In this document: positions 55,636-64,000 of the stretch, piece by piece
Layout: the number at the start of each line of letters is the position of its first letter
How positions within the stretch are numbered: the first letter of the stretch is position 1
Assembly: GCF_036563435.1 (NCBI RefSeq)
Contig: NZ_DATCMJ010000006.1
Coordinates: 63,995 to 127,994, forward strand
Source of the DNA: Devosia sp.
GTDB lineage: Bacteria; Pseudomonadota; Alphaproteobacteria; Rhizobiales; Devosiaceae
Length of the DNA: 64,000 bases
Direction of reading: 5' to 3'
Program-made: the position numbers and the translations under genes
Notes under the pieces: model-generated
Databases searched by the model: none
Seen by the model: the letters and a program-made list of their open reading frames with translations, nothing else
What the model was told of the DNA's origin: nothing

Positions 55636-57063
55636 CTAGGCTCGGCCGAACTCGTCCTCGATGCGGATGATGTCGTCTTCGCCCAGGTAGGACCCGGTCT
55701 GCACCTCGATCAGCTCCAGCTCGATCTTGCCGGGATTGGCCAGGCGATGGACGCAGCCCAGGGGCAGATAGATCGACTGGTTTTCGCTCAGCGTGGTGAT
55801 CGTACCGTCCACCGTTACCTCGGCAGTGCCGCGCACCACGATCCAGTGCTCGGCCCGGTGGTGGTGCTTCTGCAGGCTCAGCTTCTTGCCCGGCTTGACG
55901 AAAAGGCGCTTTACCTGGAAGCGCTCTCCCGCGAGCACCGAAGAGTAGCCGCCCCATGGACGATAGGCTGTCTTGTGGATCTCGGTCAGGCCTACGGTTT
56001 CCTTGCCGGCACGGAGTGTCTTGACCATGGCCCCGACCTTTTGCGCCTCAGATAGTCGACCGACATAGACTGCATCGTTGGTGGCAATTACCGCAATGTC
56101 GTCGAGGCCGGACACTGCAACGTGCGCGTGATCGGTCACGACAAGGGAGTTGCTGACGGCATCGAGTGTAACAGAACCCTGCGTCAGGTTCTGACCCTCG
56201 TCGCGTTCCGAGTTCTTCCAGAGAGCGTCCCAGCTGCCCAGATCGGTCCAGCTGAAGTTCACCGCGACCACAGCAGCTTTCTCGGTTTTCTCGAAGATCG
56301 CATAGTCGACCGAGATGTCCGGCGCAGCGGCAAATGCGTCCTGGTCGAGTCGAATGAAGTCGAGGTCGGTCTGTGCTTGATCGATGGCGGCGCGGGCTGC
56401 GGCAAGCGTTTCCGGAGCCAGGGTCTCGCATTCGCGCAGAAAGGCGCCCGCACCCAGCATGAACATGCCGGAATTCCAGTAATAGCCGCCTTCGGCCAGC
56501 ATCTGCGCGGCCCGCTCGGCATTGGGCTTTTCAACGAAGCGCTCCACCGGCTGCACGCCGGCACCGACAGTGGCCTGTGACTTGATATAACCAAAGCCCG
56601 TTTCGGCATGGGTCGGGAGAATGCCAAAGGTCACAAGTCGGCCATCGGCTGCGGCGTCTGCGGCCTGACGAACGGCTAGGCGGTAGCCCTCATCGACGCC
56701 GACCTCGTGATCAGAGGGAAGGATGTGCAGCACCACGTCTTGACCGAAGCGATCAGAAGCAAAGGCCGCCGCGGCGGCTATGGCAACGGCGGTGTTGCGT
56801 GCAACGGGTTCCAGGAGGATGCCTGCGGCAGTCTTGCCGATCTCGGCAGACTGCTCGGCGACCAGGAAGCGGTATTCCGAATTAGTGATGATGATGGCGT
56901 CGGTATAGATCGTCTCGTCACCGACACGCTCCAGCGTCAACTGGAACAGGCTCTTCTCGCCGGTCAGCGTCAGGAACTGCTTGGGGCGGGCCGCCCGAGA
57001 CATGGGCCACAAACGGGAGCCCTGGCCGCCTGCAAGAATAACCGGGACGATCAGATCAGTCAT
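55636..57063 (-). CDS. manC: Mannose-1-phosphate guanylyltransferase / mannose-6-phosphate isomerase (type II PMI-GMP)
   Basis: Reads [31 protein letters not shown]. The C-terminal cupin reads [49 protein letters not shown]. Confidence 0.92.
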   Translation of the reverse strand: MTDLIVPVILAGGQGSRLWPMSRAARPKQFLTLTGEKSLFQLTLERVGDETIYTDAIIITNSEYRFLVAEQSAEIGKTAAGILLEPVARNTAVAIAAAAAFASDRFGQDVVLHILPSDHEVGVDEGYRLAVRQAADAAADGRLVTFGILPTHAETGFGYIKSQATVGAGVQPVERFVEKPNAERAAQMLAEGGYYWNSGMFMLGAGAFLRECETLAPETLAAARAAIDQAQTDLDFIRLDQDAFAAAPDISVDYAIFEKTEKAAVVAVNFSWTDLGSWDALWKNSERDEGQNLTQGSVTLDAVSNSLVVTDHAHVAVSGLDDIAVIATNDAVYVGRLSEAQKVGAMVKTLRAGKETVGLTEIHKTAYRPWGGYSSVLAGERFQVKRLFVKPGKKLSLQKHHHRAEHWIVVRGTAEVTVDGTITTLSENQSIYLPLGCVHRLANPGKIELELIEVQTGSYLGEDDIIRIEDEFGRA

Positions 57064-57265
57064 GGAGAAGGGCCTTTTGTTCTTGGTTGGAGCCGCGCCG
57101 GCCACTTCGATACTATGGCATTCCAAACAATGTCGAGCACCGTCAGCGTTGTCGCATCGGGGAGCTCATCCACCTCCTGAGCTTCGCTCGCACCTACCAG
57201 GACAGGTTGCTGCTGGACGCCGGGCATGGCAAAGCTGGCCCAACGCAGCACAGGAGAATCCCGCC

Positions 57266-58393
57266 ATGAAAACTCGCGCAGCCGTTGCCTTCCAGGCCGG
57301 AAAGCCGCTGGAGATCGTCGAGGTCGATCTCGAAGGTCCGAAGGCGGGCGAAGTGATGGTGGAGATCAAGGCCACGGGCCTGTGCCATACCGACGATTTT
57401 ACCCTGTCCGGTGCCGATCCCGAGGGCTTGTTCCCGGCGATTCTTGGTCATGAAGGGGCCGGCGTGGTGGTCGATGTCGGGCCGGGCGTGACGAGCCTCA
57501 AGAAGGGTGACCACGTCATTCCGCTCTACACGCCGGAATGCCGGGAATGCTACGCCTGCCGCTCGGGCAAGACCAATCTTTGCACGGCGATCCGCAGCAC
57601 GCAGGGGCAGGGGCTGATGCCGGACGGCACCTCTCGCTTCTCCTTCGAAGGCAAGCCGATCCACCACTACATGGGCTGCTCGACCTTCTCGAATTTCACC
57701 GTGCTTCCAGAGATCGCCGTGGCCAAGATCGATGCCGCTGCGGCCTTCGACAAGGTTTGCTACGTCGGCTGCGGTGTTACCACGGGCATCGGCGCTGTCA
57801 TCAACACGGCCAAAGTCGAGATCGGTGCGACCGCGGTTGTGTTTGGGCTCGGTGGCATCGGCCTCAACGTCATCCAGGGCCTGCGCCTGGCGGGTGCCGA
57901 CATGATCATCGGGGTCGACATCAACAACGGCAAGAAAGAATGGGGCGAACGCTTCGGCATGACCTATTTCGTCAATCCGACAGAAATCGATGGCGACGTC
58001 GTTTCCTATATCGTCAACATGACCAAGCGGCGCGGCGACCTGATCGGTGGCGCCGACTACACATTCGACTGCACCGGCAACACCAAGGTTATGCGTCAGG
58101 CGCTCGAATGCAGCCATCGCGGCTGGGGAAAGTCGGTGGTGATCGGCGTGGCCGGAGCAGGACAGGAGATCTCGACCCGCCCGTTCCAGCTGGTGACCGG
58201 CCGCACCTGGATGGGCACGGCCTTTGGTGGTGCCAAAGGGCGCACCGATGTTCCCAAGATCGTGGACTGGTACCTTGACGGCAAGATCGAGATTGATCCG
58301 ATGATCACGCATACGCTGCGCCTCGAAGATATCAACAAGGGCTTCGACATGATGCATGCAGGCGAAAGCATCCGCAGCGTGGTGGTGTACTAG
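57266..58393 (+). CDS. S-(hydroxymethyl)glutathione dehydrogenase / class III alcohol dehydrogenase
   Basis: Reads [68 protein letters not shown]...[15 protein letters not shown]...[15 protein letters not shown] lies upstream of the ATG at 57266. Confidence 0.93.
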   Translation: MKTRAAVAFQAGKPLEIVEVDLEGPKAGEVMVEIKATGLCHTDDFTLSGADPEGLFPAILGHEGAGVVVDVGPGVTSLKKGDHVIPLYTPECRECYACRSGKTNLCTAIRSTQGQGLMPDGTSRFSFEGKPIHHYMGCSTFSNFTVLPEIAVAKIDAAAAFDKVCYVGCGVTTGIGAVINTAKVEIGATAVVFGLGGIGLNVIQGLRLAGADMIIGVDINNGKKEWGERFGMTYFVNPTEIDGDVVSYIVNMTKRRGDLIGGADYTFDCTGNTKVMRQALECSHRGWGKSVVIGVAGAGQEISTRPFQLVTGRTWMGTAFGGAKGRTDVPKIVDWYLDGKIEIDPMITHTLRLEDINKGFDMMHAGESIRSVVVY

Positions 58394-58410
58394 CGTCTGC
58401 GCCGCGGCCC

Positions 58411-58881
58411 GTGCCCAATCCCACCATCTTTGTCGACGCCGATGCCTGTCCGGTGAAAGAAGAGGCAAGGCGCGTAGCCGAGCGGCTCGGTCTGGTCATC
58501 ACCTTTGTCAGCAATGGCGGGGTGAGGCCGTCGCGCGATCCGATGGTGCGGGTCGTGGTGGTGCCGCAGGGGTCGGATGCCGCCGACAACTGGATCGTGG
58601 AGCAGGCGCAGGCCAACGACATCGTCTTGACCGCCGATATTCCGTTGGCCAGCCGAGCGATCGACAAGGGCTGTCACGTGCTGGGCTTTACCGGCAAGCC
58701 GTTCACGCCAAGCTCGATCGGCATGGCACTAGCCATGCGCGATCTCAAGCAGCATCTGCGCGAAACAGGCGAGATCAAGGGCTTTAATCCGGGTTTCCGG
58801 CCGGCGGACAGATCGGCGTTTTTGAGCGCGCTCGACACTCTCGGGCGCAAGGCAAAGGCGGTCGCGGTAAGTAATCCTTAA
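58411..58881 (+). CDS. YaiI/YqxD-family protein (UPF0178/DUF188)
   Basis: Reads IFVDADACPVKEEARRVAERLGLVITFVSN...ADNWIVEQAQANDIVLTADIPLASRAIDKG. Confidence 0.85.
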   Translation: MPNPTIFVDADACPVKEEARRVAERLGLVITFVSNGGVRPSRDPMVRVVVVPQGSDAADNWIVEQAQANDIVLTADIPLASRAIDKGCHVLGFTGKPFTPSSIGMALAMRDLKQHLRETGEIKGFNPGFRPADRSAFLSALDTLGRKAKAVAVSNP

Positions 58882-58942
58882 GTTCTCGCGAGGGGATTAT
58901 TAACCATAATCGCGAAAAGTGTGCCCGTTCCAAGTTGTTCGG

Positions 58943-59830
58943 GTGCGAGCGGTGTCTCTGTCGCGTTTTGGTCTGTCCATGCTGCTTGCCGGCCTGCTCC
59001 TGGCAGGGTGTGCCAAGCCGCCCAGCGAGTTTCCGAGCTTCAGCGGAACGGCCGACCACGCTGCCGTGACCGGCAGCATCCTGCCGGCCTCCAGGACGTT
59101 GGCGCAGCAGCCGATGCCGGAGCGGATCTTTGCCCCCGGCAATATTGGCGGACGTACACTTGCGGTCTCGACCACTACCGACATCATCCTACGCCCACGC
59201 GAAGTGGTGCTGACCTTTGACGACGGTCCGCGTTCGGGCAAGACGGAAAAGATCCTTGCGACGCTCGACGACTTTGGCGCAAGGGCGACATTCCTGATGC
59301 TTGGTTCGGCGGCCCAGGCCAATCCACGGCTGGCGCAGCGGGTCGCTGCCGCGGGCCACACTGTGGGCAGCCACACGTTCAGCCATGTCGATCTCAGTAC
59401 GATGAGCAGCCAGGCGGCGCTCGACGAAATCGCGCAGGGTGAGCGGGCAGTGCAGGTCGCGCTGGCCAGTGGAGGGCAGACGCTCTCGCCGTTCTTCCGC
59501 TTTCCCTATCTGTCTCAAACAGGGTTCCTGCGCACCAACCTGCTGCAGGGCAACATGGTCGTGCTTGATGTCGATATTGACAGCAAGGACTACTACAAAG
59601 ACGCGCCCGCCGAGATCGTCGAACGCACCCTCGCGCGGCTGGAAGCGCGGGGCAGCGGCGTAATCCTCTTCCACGACATTCATCAGCGTACGGTCGACCT
59701 GCTGCCGCTGTTCCTGGCGGAGCTCAAGGAGCGCAACTATTCTGTGGTTCGCCTGGTACCCAGGGATACGAGCCCCTTTGGCCGCGACCTGATCACGGCG
59801 GAGGCGCCGGAGCTGAGAAAGGGTCTTTGA
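58943..59830 (+). CDS. Polysaccharide deacetylase (NodB homology domain), probable lipoprotein
   Basis: The lipobox is LLAGLLLAGC. NodB motifs are VVLTFDDGP, HTVGSHTFSH, RFPY and ILFHD. The start is ambiguous (GTG 58919, GTG 58943 or ATG 58979). Confidence 0.85.
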   Translation: MRAVSLSRFGLSMLLAGLLLAGCAKPPSEFPSFSGTADHAAVTGSILPASRTLAQQPMPERIFAPGNIGGRTLAVSTTTDIILRPREVVLTFDDGPRSGKTEKILATLDDFGARATFLMLGSAAQANPRLAQRVAAAGHTVGSHTFSHVDLSTMSSQAALDEIAQGERAVQVALASGGQTLSPFFRFPYLSQTGFLRTNLLQGNMVVLDVDIDSKDYYKDAPAEIVERTLARLEARGSGVILFHDIHQRTVDLLPLFLAELKERNYSVVRLVPRDTSPFGRDLITAEAPELRKGL

Positions 59831-59839
59831 TCCTTCCCT

Positions 59840-61450
59840 TCAGCTGCCGTAGGTCGGGAAGACAAGCTTTGGTGCGCTGCTAGGGATCAGGGAGCCGTCA
59901 GCGAAGCTCTGAACCTCGTTGGGACCAACGGATAGCTCGTAGCGGCCGGACGGGGTCTGCAACGTGCCGGTTGCGGTTCGGCTCACCAGGCCAGTAACCG
60001 CCGTCGGGGTACCCAGCCGGTCCGTAGTGACTCGCACTCCATAGGGGAAACGAATGTGCTCCTGGCCATCCCTCAGGATCGTAACATTGCTGCCGTCGTT
60101 CAGGAGCTCGAAGTTCAGGCCATCAATCTCCCGGCTATAGGCGGTTTGGTGGCGCACATCCTTGTGGATTACCTCCTCCGGAACCAAGCCGGTGAACCAC
60201 AAGGTTCCGTCAGGACGCGGAAGGATCCCCGAGCGGCGCTCCATGAAATCAAGAAGGCAGAGGATGGAAGGGGAGTAGCTCTCGGTATAGCCGGGCGCGC
60301 CCGTGAAGGGACTGAGCGTCTGGGGAAATGTCTCCATGTCGAAAAGGGCGGCGAGGATCGGCTTTTGCGCCCAGCTGAGCTCCACATGATGTCCATGATG
60401 CTCGAAGGCGTGAGCGGCACGGATGATGGAGAGGAAGTTCGAGGGCCCTGACCAGGAATTCTGCCCGAAATTCGGGTCGAAACGAGGGTCATCCAGCGCA
60501 ATCGAGGTAAAGGGGTACTTGCTGAAGAACTTTCGCGTGTTGAGCAAATACCGTTCGAGCGCCTGGGCAAAAAACGCGCCGTCTCCGATCTCACAAGCAA
60601 GGACCCGAAGCAGAACATCCGATTGGACCCGCACGAGCTGGCCGTTGCGGTCGCGGTCATAGAAGAAGAAATCTTTCGCATCGAAGCACTGCTCGAACAG
60701 CGCTCTGACGCTTGCTTCTGCCTTTTGGCGCCAGGGTTCAAATGGCTCACCCAACTCTTCGGCAATTTGAGCGAGATGGAATCGCTGGCAAGCGACGTTG
60801 GCGGTCAGGTCAGGCGCAATAAAGGGCAGGATCGGGTTGTCAGGGTGGACCGTACGTGCGTCGTTGTTGAAGGGGCTATCCGGGACATGCCAGAAGCGAG
60901 CTGATAGGTCGTGACCGGTGTCGTAGGTGCAAAAGGCTTCCACGCCGCTAGTGCCGCGGGTGTTCCGGAACCGTACCAGCCAATCATCGTAGCGGGACAT
61001 AGCCGCGTACATCTTGCCCAGGAAGGCACGGTCTCGCCCATTGAGCCGGTAGTGATGCCAGACGCATCGGGCGAGGGGGCTGACCAGCTGGACTTGCGCA
61101 AAGGCCGCTCCAGCGGCCGTGATCTTGTAGGGGATCAACCCGTCTTCGCGTTGAAAATCGGCGAAGGCCGAATAGGTCGTTGTCGCGATATGAGGGAGGA
61201 AACGCGCCAGCAGTTCCGTGTTGATGGTGCCGGTACTTTCCAACCAGCAGCCGTGATAGACGCCGCCCTCGTGAAGAAGAGGCGCTGTCACCTCAGTAGG
61301 CTTTATGCAGTCAAATAACTCACGCACTGCCTTGTCGTAGCGCGCCTCGATACGTTCGGATGTGCAGGCGAAAGCCGTACCCGACGCACGCCACTGCTCT
61401 ACGACCGGGAGGGTGCGCCGCTGGCGCAAACGAGCCAAGAGGTCTATCAT
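59840..61450 (-). CDS. Putative six-hairpin glycoside hydrolase (GH63/MGH1/trehalase-like)
   Basis: 536 aa with a YDTGHDLSARFW acid-motif-like segment and NSWSGPSNFL. It overlaps the upstream sugar ABC ATPase gene by 4 nt. The family-level call is from pattern memory only. Confidence 0.6.
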   Translation of the reverse strand: MIDLLARLRQRRTLPVVEQWRASGTAFACTSERIEARYDKAVRELFDCIKPTEVTAPLLHEGGVYHGCWLESTGTINTELLARFLPHIATTTYSAFADFQREDGLIPYKITAAGAAFAQVQLVSPLARCVWHHYRLNGRDRAFLGKMYAAMSRYDDWLVRFRNTRGTSGVEAFCTYDTGHDLSARFWHVPDSPFNNDARTVHPDNPILPFIAPDLTANVACQRFHLAQIAEELGEPFEPWRQKAEASVRALFEQCFDAKDFFFYDRDRNGQLVRVQSDVLLRVLACEIGDGAFFAQALERYLLNTRKFFSKYPFTSIALDDPRFDPNFGQNSWSGPSNFLSIIRAAHAFEHHGHHVELSWAQKPILAALFDMETFPQTLSPFTGAPGYTESYSPSILCLLDFMERRSGILPRPDGTLWFTGLVPEEVIHKDVRHQTAYSREIDGLNFELLNDGSNVTILRDGQEHIRFPYGVRVTTDRLGTPTAVTGLVSRTATGTLQTPSGRYELSVGPNEVQSFADGSLIPSSAPKLVFPTYGS

Positions 61451-62526
61451 TTCGTGGAGGAGCCCGACCGCACAAGCGACTGACCATTTACATCGAAATA
61501 GTGTGCGTCCATGGCATTCAGCGAAACGCTGAGCTGGTCACCATGCTGATAGGTGGCCTTGCCCGGCGCCTTGACCAGCACGGTTTGCCCGTCAGCGAGC
61601 CGCAGATAGACGAAGACCTCGCTGCCTAGATATTCCAAAAATGACACCGTGCCGGTTGCTGCTAGGTCTCCCCCCTGTTCGAGTGCAAGCTGCTCAGGGC
61701 GCAGGCCGATGGTCGTCTCGCCCGCTGCGTCGACTCCCGGTGGCAGTTGAAGCCGGCCGAAACCAGGTATCTCCGCATGTCCGTCCGTTGCATGCGCTTG
61801 CAGCAGGTTCATCTTCGGTGAGCCGATGAAGCTGGCCACGAACAGGTTGCGCGGAAAGTTGTAGAGCTCGAAGGGCGTGCCGACCTGCTCCACGTTGCCC
61901 TTATTTATAACAGCGATGCGGCTTGCCATCGTCATCGCCTCGATCTGATCGTGGGTGACGTAGATCATCGTGGTGCCGAGGCGCTGGTAGAGGCCGGCGA
62001 GTTCCACCCGCATCTGCACGCGAAGCTCGGCATCGAGATTGCTGAGCGGCTCGTCGAAGAGGAAGAGTTGCGGCTCCCGAACAATGGCGCGGCCAATGGC
62101 GACGCGTTGCTTCTGTCCGCCGGACAGCTGACGCGGCTTGCGCTCCAGCAATTCTTCGATCTGGAGGATCTTGGCCGCCTCCGCCACCCGCCGGGCGATC
62201 TCGTCGCGCGGCATGCGCAGGTTTCCAAGGCCGAAAGCAAGGTTCTTGCGCACGCTCATGTGCGGATAAAGCGCGTAGCTCTGGAAGACCATGGAGAGGT
62301 TTCGCTGCGACGCAGACAGGTCGTTGACGATGCGCTCGCCGATCGCGATCGTCCCGTCGGTGATCTCCTCAAGTCCGGCGATCATCCGCAACAGCGTGGA
62401 CTTGCCGCAACCGGATGGCCCAACGAGAACCAGGAATTCGCCCGACTGAATTTCGAGGTCAATGCCATGGATGACCTCGAAACCTGAATAGGCCTTGCGA
62501 ACTTCGCTGAGAGTGACTGACGCCAT
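61447..62526 (-). CDS. Sugar ABC transporter ATP-binding protein (UgpC/MalK-like)
   Basis: Walker A is GPSGCGKST, the signature is LSGGQKQRVAIGRA, and Walker B is LFLFDEPLSNLD. A MalK-type C-terminal regulatory domain is present. Confidence 0.93.
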   Translation of the reverse strand: MASVTLSEVRKAYSGFEVIHGIDLEIQSGEFLVLVGPSGCGKSTLLRMIAGLEEITDGTIAIGERIVNDLSASQRNLSMVFQSYALYPHMSVRKNLAFGLGNLRMPRDEIARRVAEAAKILQIEELLERKPRQLSGGQKQRVAIGRAIVREPQLFLFDEPLSNLDAELRVQMRVELAGLYQRLGTTMIYVTHDQIEAMTMASRIAVINKGNVEQVGTPFELYNFPRNLFVASFIGSPKMNLLQAHATDGHAEIPGFGRLQLPPGVDAAGETTIGLRPEQLALEQGGDLAATGTVSFLEYLGSEVFVYLRLADGQTVLVKAPGKATYQHGDQLSVSLNAMDAHYFDVNGQSLVRSGSSTK

Positions 62527-62535
62527 GGCAGTTCC

Positions 62536-63456
62536 TTACTTGAGCCCGCTCATTGCGATGCCGCGGATGATGAGCCGCTGGAAGATGATGAAGAACAGAA
62601 AGATCGGCAGGATCGACAAGATGGACATGGCAAACATGGGCCCGTATTGCGACGCTCCGTCCTGGCTCAGGAACATGCGCAGGGCGAGCGGCACCGTGTA
62701 GTCCTCCACATTGTTGAGGTAGACGAGGGGGCCAAGAAAATCCTGCCAGGTCCAGATGAAGCTGAAAATCGCGGCTGTCGCCATGGCCGGCACGCTTAGC
62801 GGCATGATGATGGCCCAGTAGATCTTGAATGACGAACAGCCGTCGATCATCGCGGCCTCGTCGAGCTCGCGCGGAAGCTGGCGGAAGAACTGGATCATGA
62901 GAAAGATGAAGAAGGCGTCGCCGGCAAGGAATTGCGGGACGATCAGAGGCAGGTAGGTGTTCACCCAGCCAAGTTTGAGGAACAGCAGATACTGCGGGAT
63001 GAGGACCACGTGATAGGGGATCATCAGGGTCATCATCATGAGCGCGAACCAGATGGTCTTGCCCGAAAATTCCAGCCGCGCGAATGCATAGGCGGCAAAG
63101 GAGCACGAGACGACGTTGCCGATTACGGACAGCACTGTGACAAGCGTCGAATTCCAGAAGAAGCGCCCGAAGTCCACTGAAAGGGCATTCCAACCGTCCC
63201 AGTAGTTGAGCCAATCAAAGGTTGATGGCCAGAGCGCCAGCGAGCCGAAGATCTGGTTGTCGGGCTTGAACGATGCGGAGAGCATCCAGATCAGGGGATA
63301 GACCATGACGAGCGAGGTCAGGGCCAGGAACACATGCTTGAGGACTGCAGAGCGGCGGGCGCGGCGCGCCTTTGCCTCCCGATAAGCATGTGCGGCGGCT
63401 GCCGTACTTGGCCGCGGCGCGGCAGCGATCGTGCTGCTGATCGGTGTTTCCGTCAT
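62536..63456 (-). CDS. Carbohydrate ABC transporter permease (MalG-like)
   Basis: Trimmed to ATG 63456 (MTETPISST...). The EAA loop is LDEAAMIDGCSSFKIYWAIIMP. It has 6 TM segments. Confidence 0.9.
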   Translation of the reverse strand: MTETPISSTIAAAPRPSTAAAAHAYREAKARRARRSAVLKHVFLALTSLVMVYPLIWMLSASFKPDNQIFGSLALWPSTFDWLNYWDGWNALSVDFGRFFWNSTLVTVLSVIGNVVSCSFAAYAFARLEFSGKTIWFALMMMTLMIPYHVVLIPQYLLFLKLGWVNTYLPLIVPQFLAGDAFFIFLMIQFFRQLPRELDEAAMIDGCSSFKIYWAIIMPLSVPAMATAAIFSFIWTWQDFLGPLVYLNNVEDYTVPLALRMFLSQDGASQYGPMFAMSILSILPIFLFFIIFQRLIIRGIAMSGLK

Positions 63457-63458
63457 GA

Positions 63459-64000
63459 TCAACCCCGCTCGTTTTCGTAATGGACCCAATACTTGCTGGT
63501 CCAGAAGGCGATGGCGGTGAAGGCGGCGATAATAATGAGCAGGATCCATGCAAGGGCGGAGGCATAGCCCATGCGAAGGAAGCTGAAGGCCTCTTCATAG
63601 AGATAGACGGTGAAGAAGAGCAGCGAGTCCAGGGGTGCACCGCTGCCGCCGGAGATAATGAAGGCTCCCGAAAAGCTCTTGAAGGCTTCGATCATCTGCA
63701 GCACGAGGTTGAAGAAGATGACGGGGGCCAGCAGGGGAACGGTGATGGCGACAAACTTGCGGACCGGCCCGGCCGCGTCGATCTCTGCCGCTTCGTAGAG
63801 TTCCTGCGGAATGGCACGGAGTCCTGCCAGGAAAATGAGCATGGGCGAGCCGAACTGCCAGACGGCAAGAACGATCAGGGTCCACAGCGAATAGCGCGGG
63901 TCGGCAAGCCAGTAGGGGCCTTCGCCACCGAACAGGCGCAGGATGGAATTGACGACGCCGTCATAGTTGAAAAGCTGACGCCAAAGTATCGCTACGGCAA
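63459..64000 (-). CDS. Carbohydrate ABC transporter permease (MalF-like), partial (N-terminus beyond the right edge)
   Basis: The EAA loop is LYEAAEIDAAGPVRKFVAITVP. The reading frame stays open to position 64000, and the stop lies 2 nt before the next permease start. Confidence 0.88.
   Translation of the reverse strand, partial: AVAILWRQLFNYDGVVNSILRLFGGEGPYWLADPRYSLWTLIVLAVWQFGSPMLIFLAGLRAIPQELYEAAEIDAAGPVRKFVAITVPLLAPVIFFNLVLQMIEAFKSFSGAFIISGGSGAPLDSLLFFTVYLYEEAFSFLRMGYASALAWILLIIIAAFTAIAFWTSKYWVHYENERG

Noticed and set aside
55626-55646. 8-bp-stem hairpin (gccgagcc-gccta-ggctcggc) between cysNC and manC as a terminator
   Set aside because: No flanking T-tract is present on either strand, and the manC stop codon lies in its loop. 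It may act as an attenuator of read-through but is not supported as an intrinsic terminator.

Overview
High-GC (visibly about 60-65%) chromosomal segment with alphaproteobacterial (Hyphomicrobiales/Rhizobiales-like) hallmarks: an EcfG-type GGAAC-N16-CGTT promoter, DUF2336, DUF3126, and an opgG-opgH-opgC operon. It is densely packed with housekeeping genes, including radC-map, gpt, thrS, arfB, folE-hisI, nadK, cysE, cysD-cysNC, gnd/gntK, a phosphomannomutase, manC and a class III alcohol dehydrogenase. It also carries two tRNAs, Leu-UAA and Thr-UGU. Three regions stand out. (1) An AT-richer islet lies between gpt and tRNA-Leu. It is bracketed by two 360-bp direct repeats (3700-4059 and 7844-8203) that look like a structured plus-strand RNA. 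It also holds a decayed gpt 3' remnant, a frameshifted GNAT gene, and cargo genes (Crp/Fnr regulator, DUF6894 pair, GST, acyltransferase-3), but no integrase or transposase. (2) A signalling locus contains a 1893-aa cytoplasmic poly-HAMP hybrid histidine kinase whose gene includes near-identical 276-bp tandem repeats. It is translationally coupled to a second hybrid kinase and divergent from a small operon encoding a possible winged-helix protein and two tiny membrane proteins. (3) A cluster of a transglutaminase-like cysteine peptidase, a double-PilZ protein and a PAS_5 protein. I found no CRISPR array, transposase, integrase or recognisable defence system. Many long ORFs in the track are antisense or out-of-frame artefacts of the high GC content. 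All calls rest on reading the translations and motifs by eye; no database search was run.
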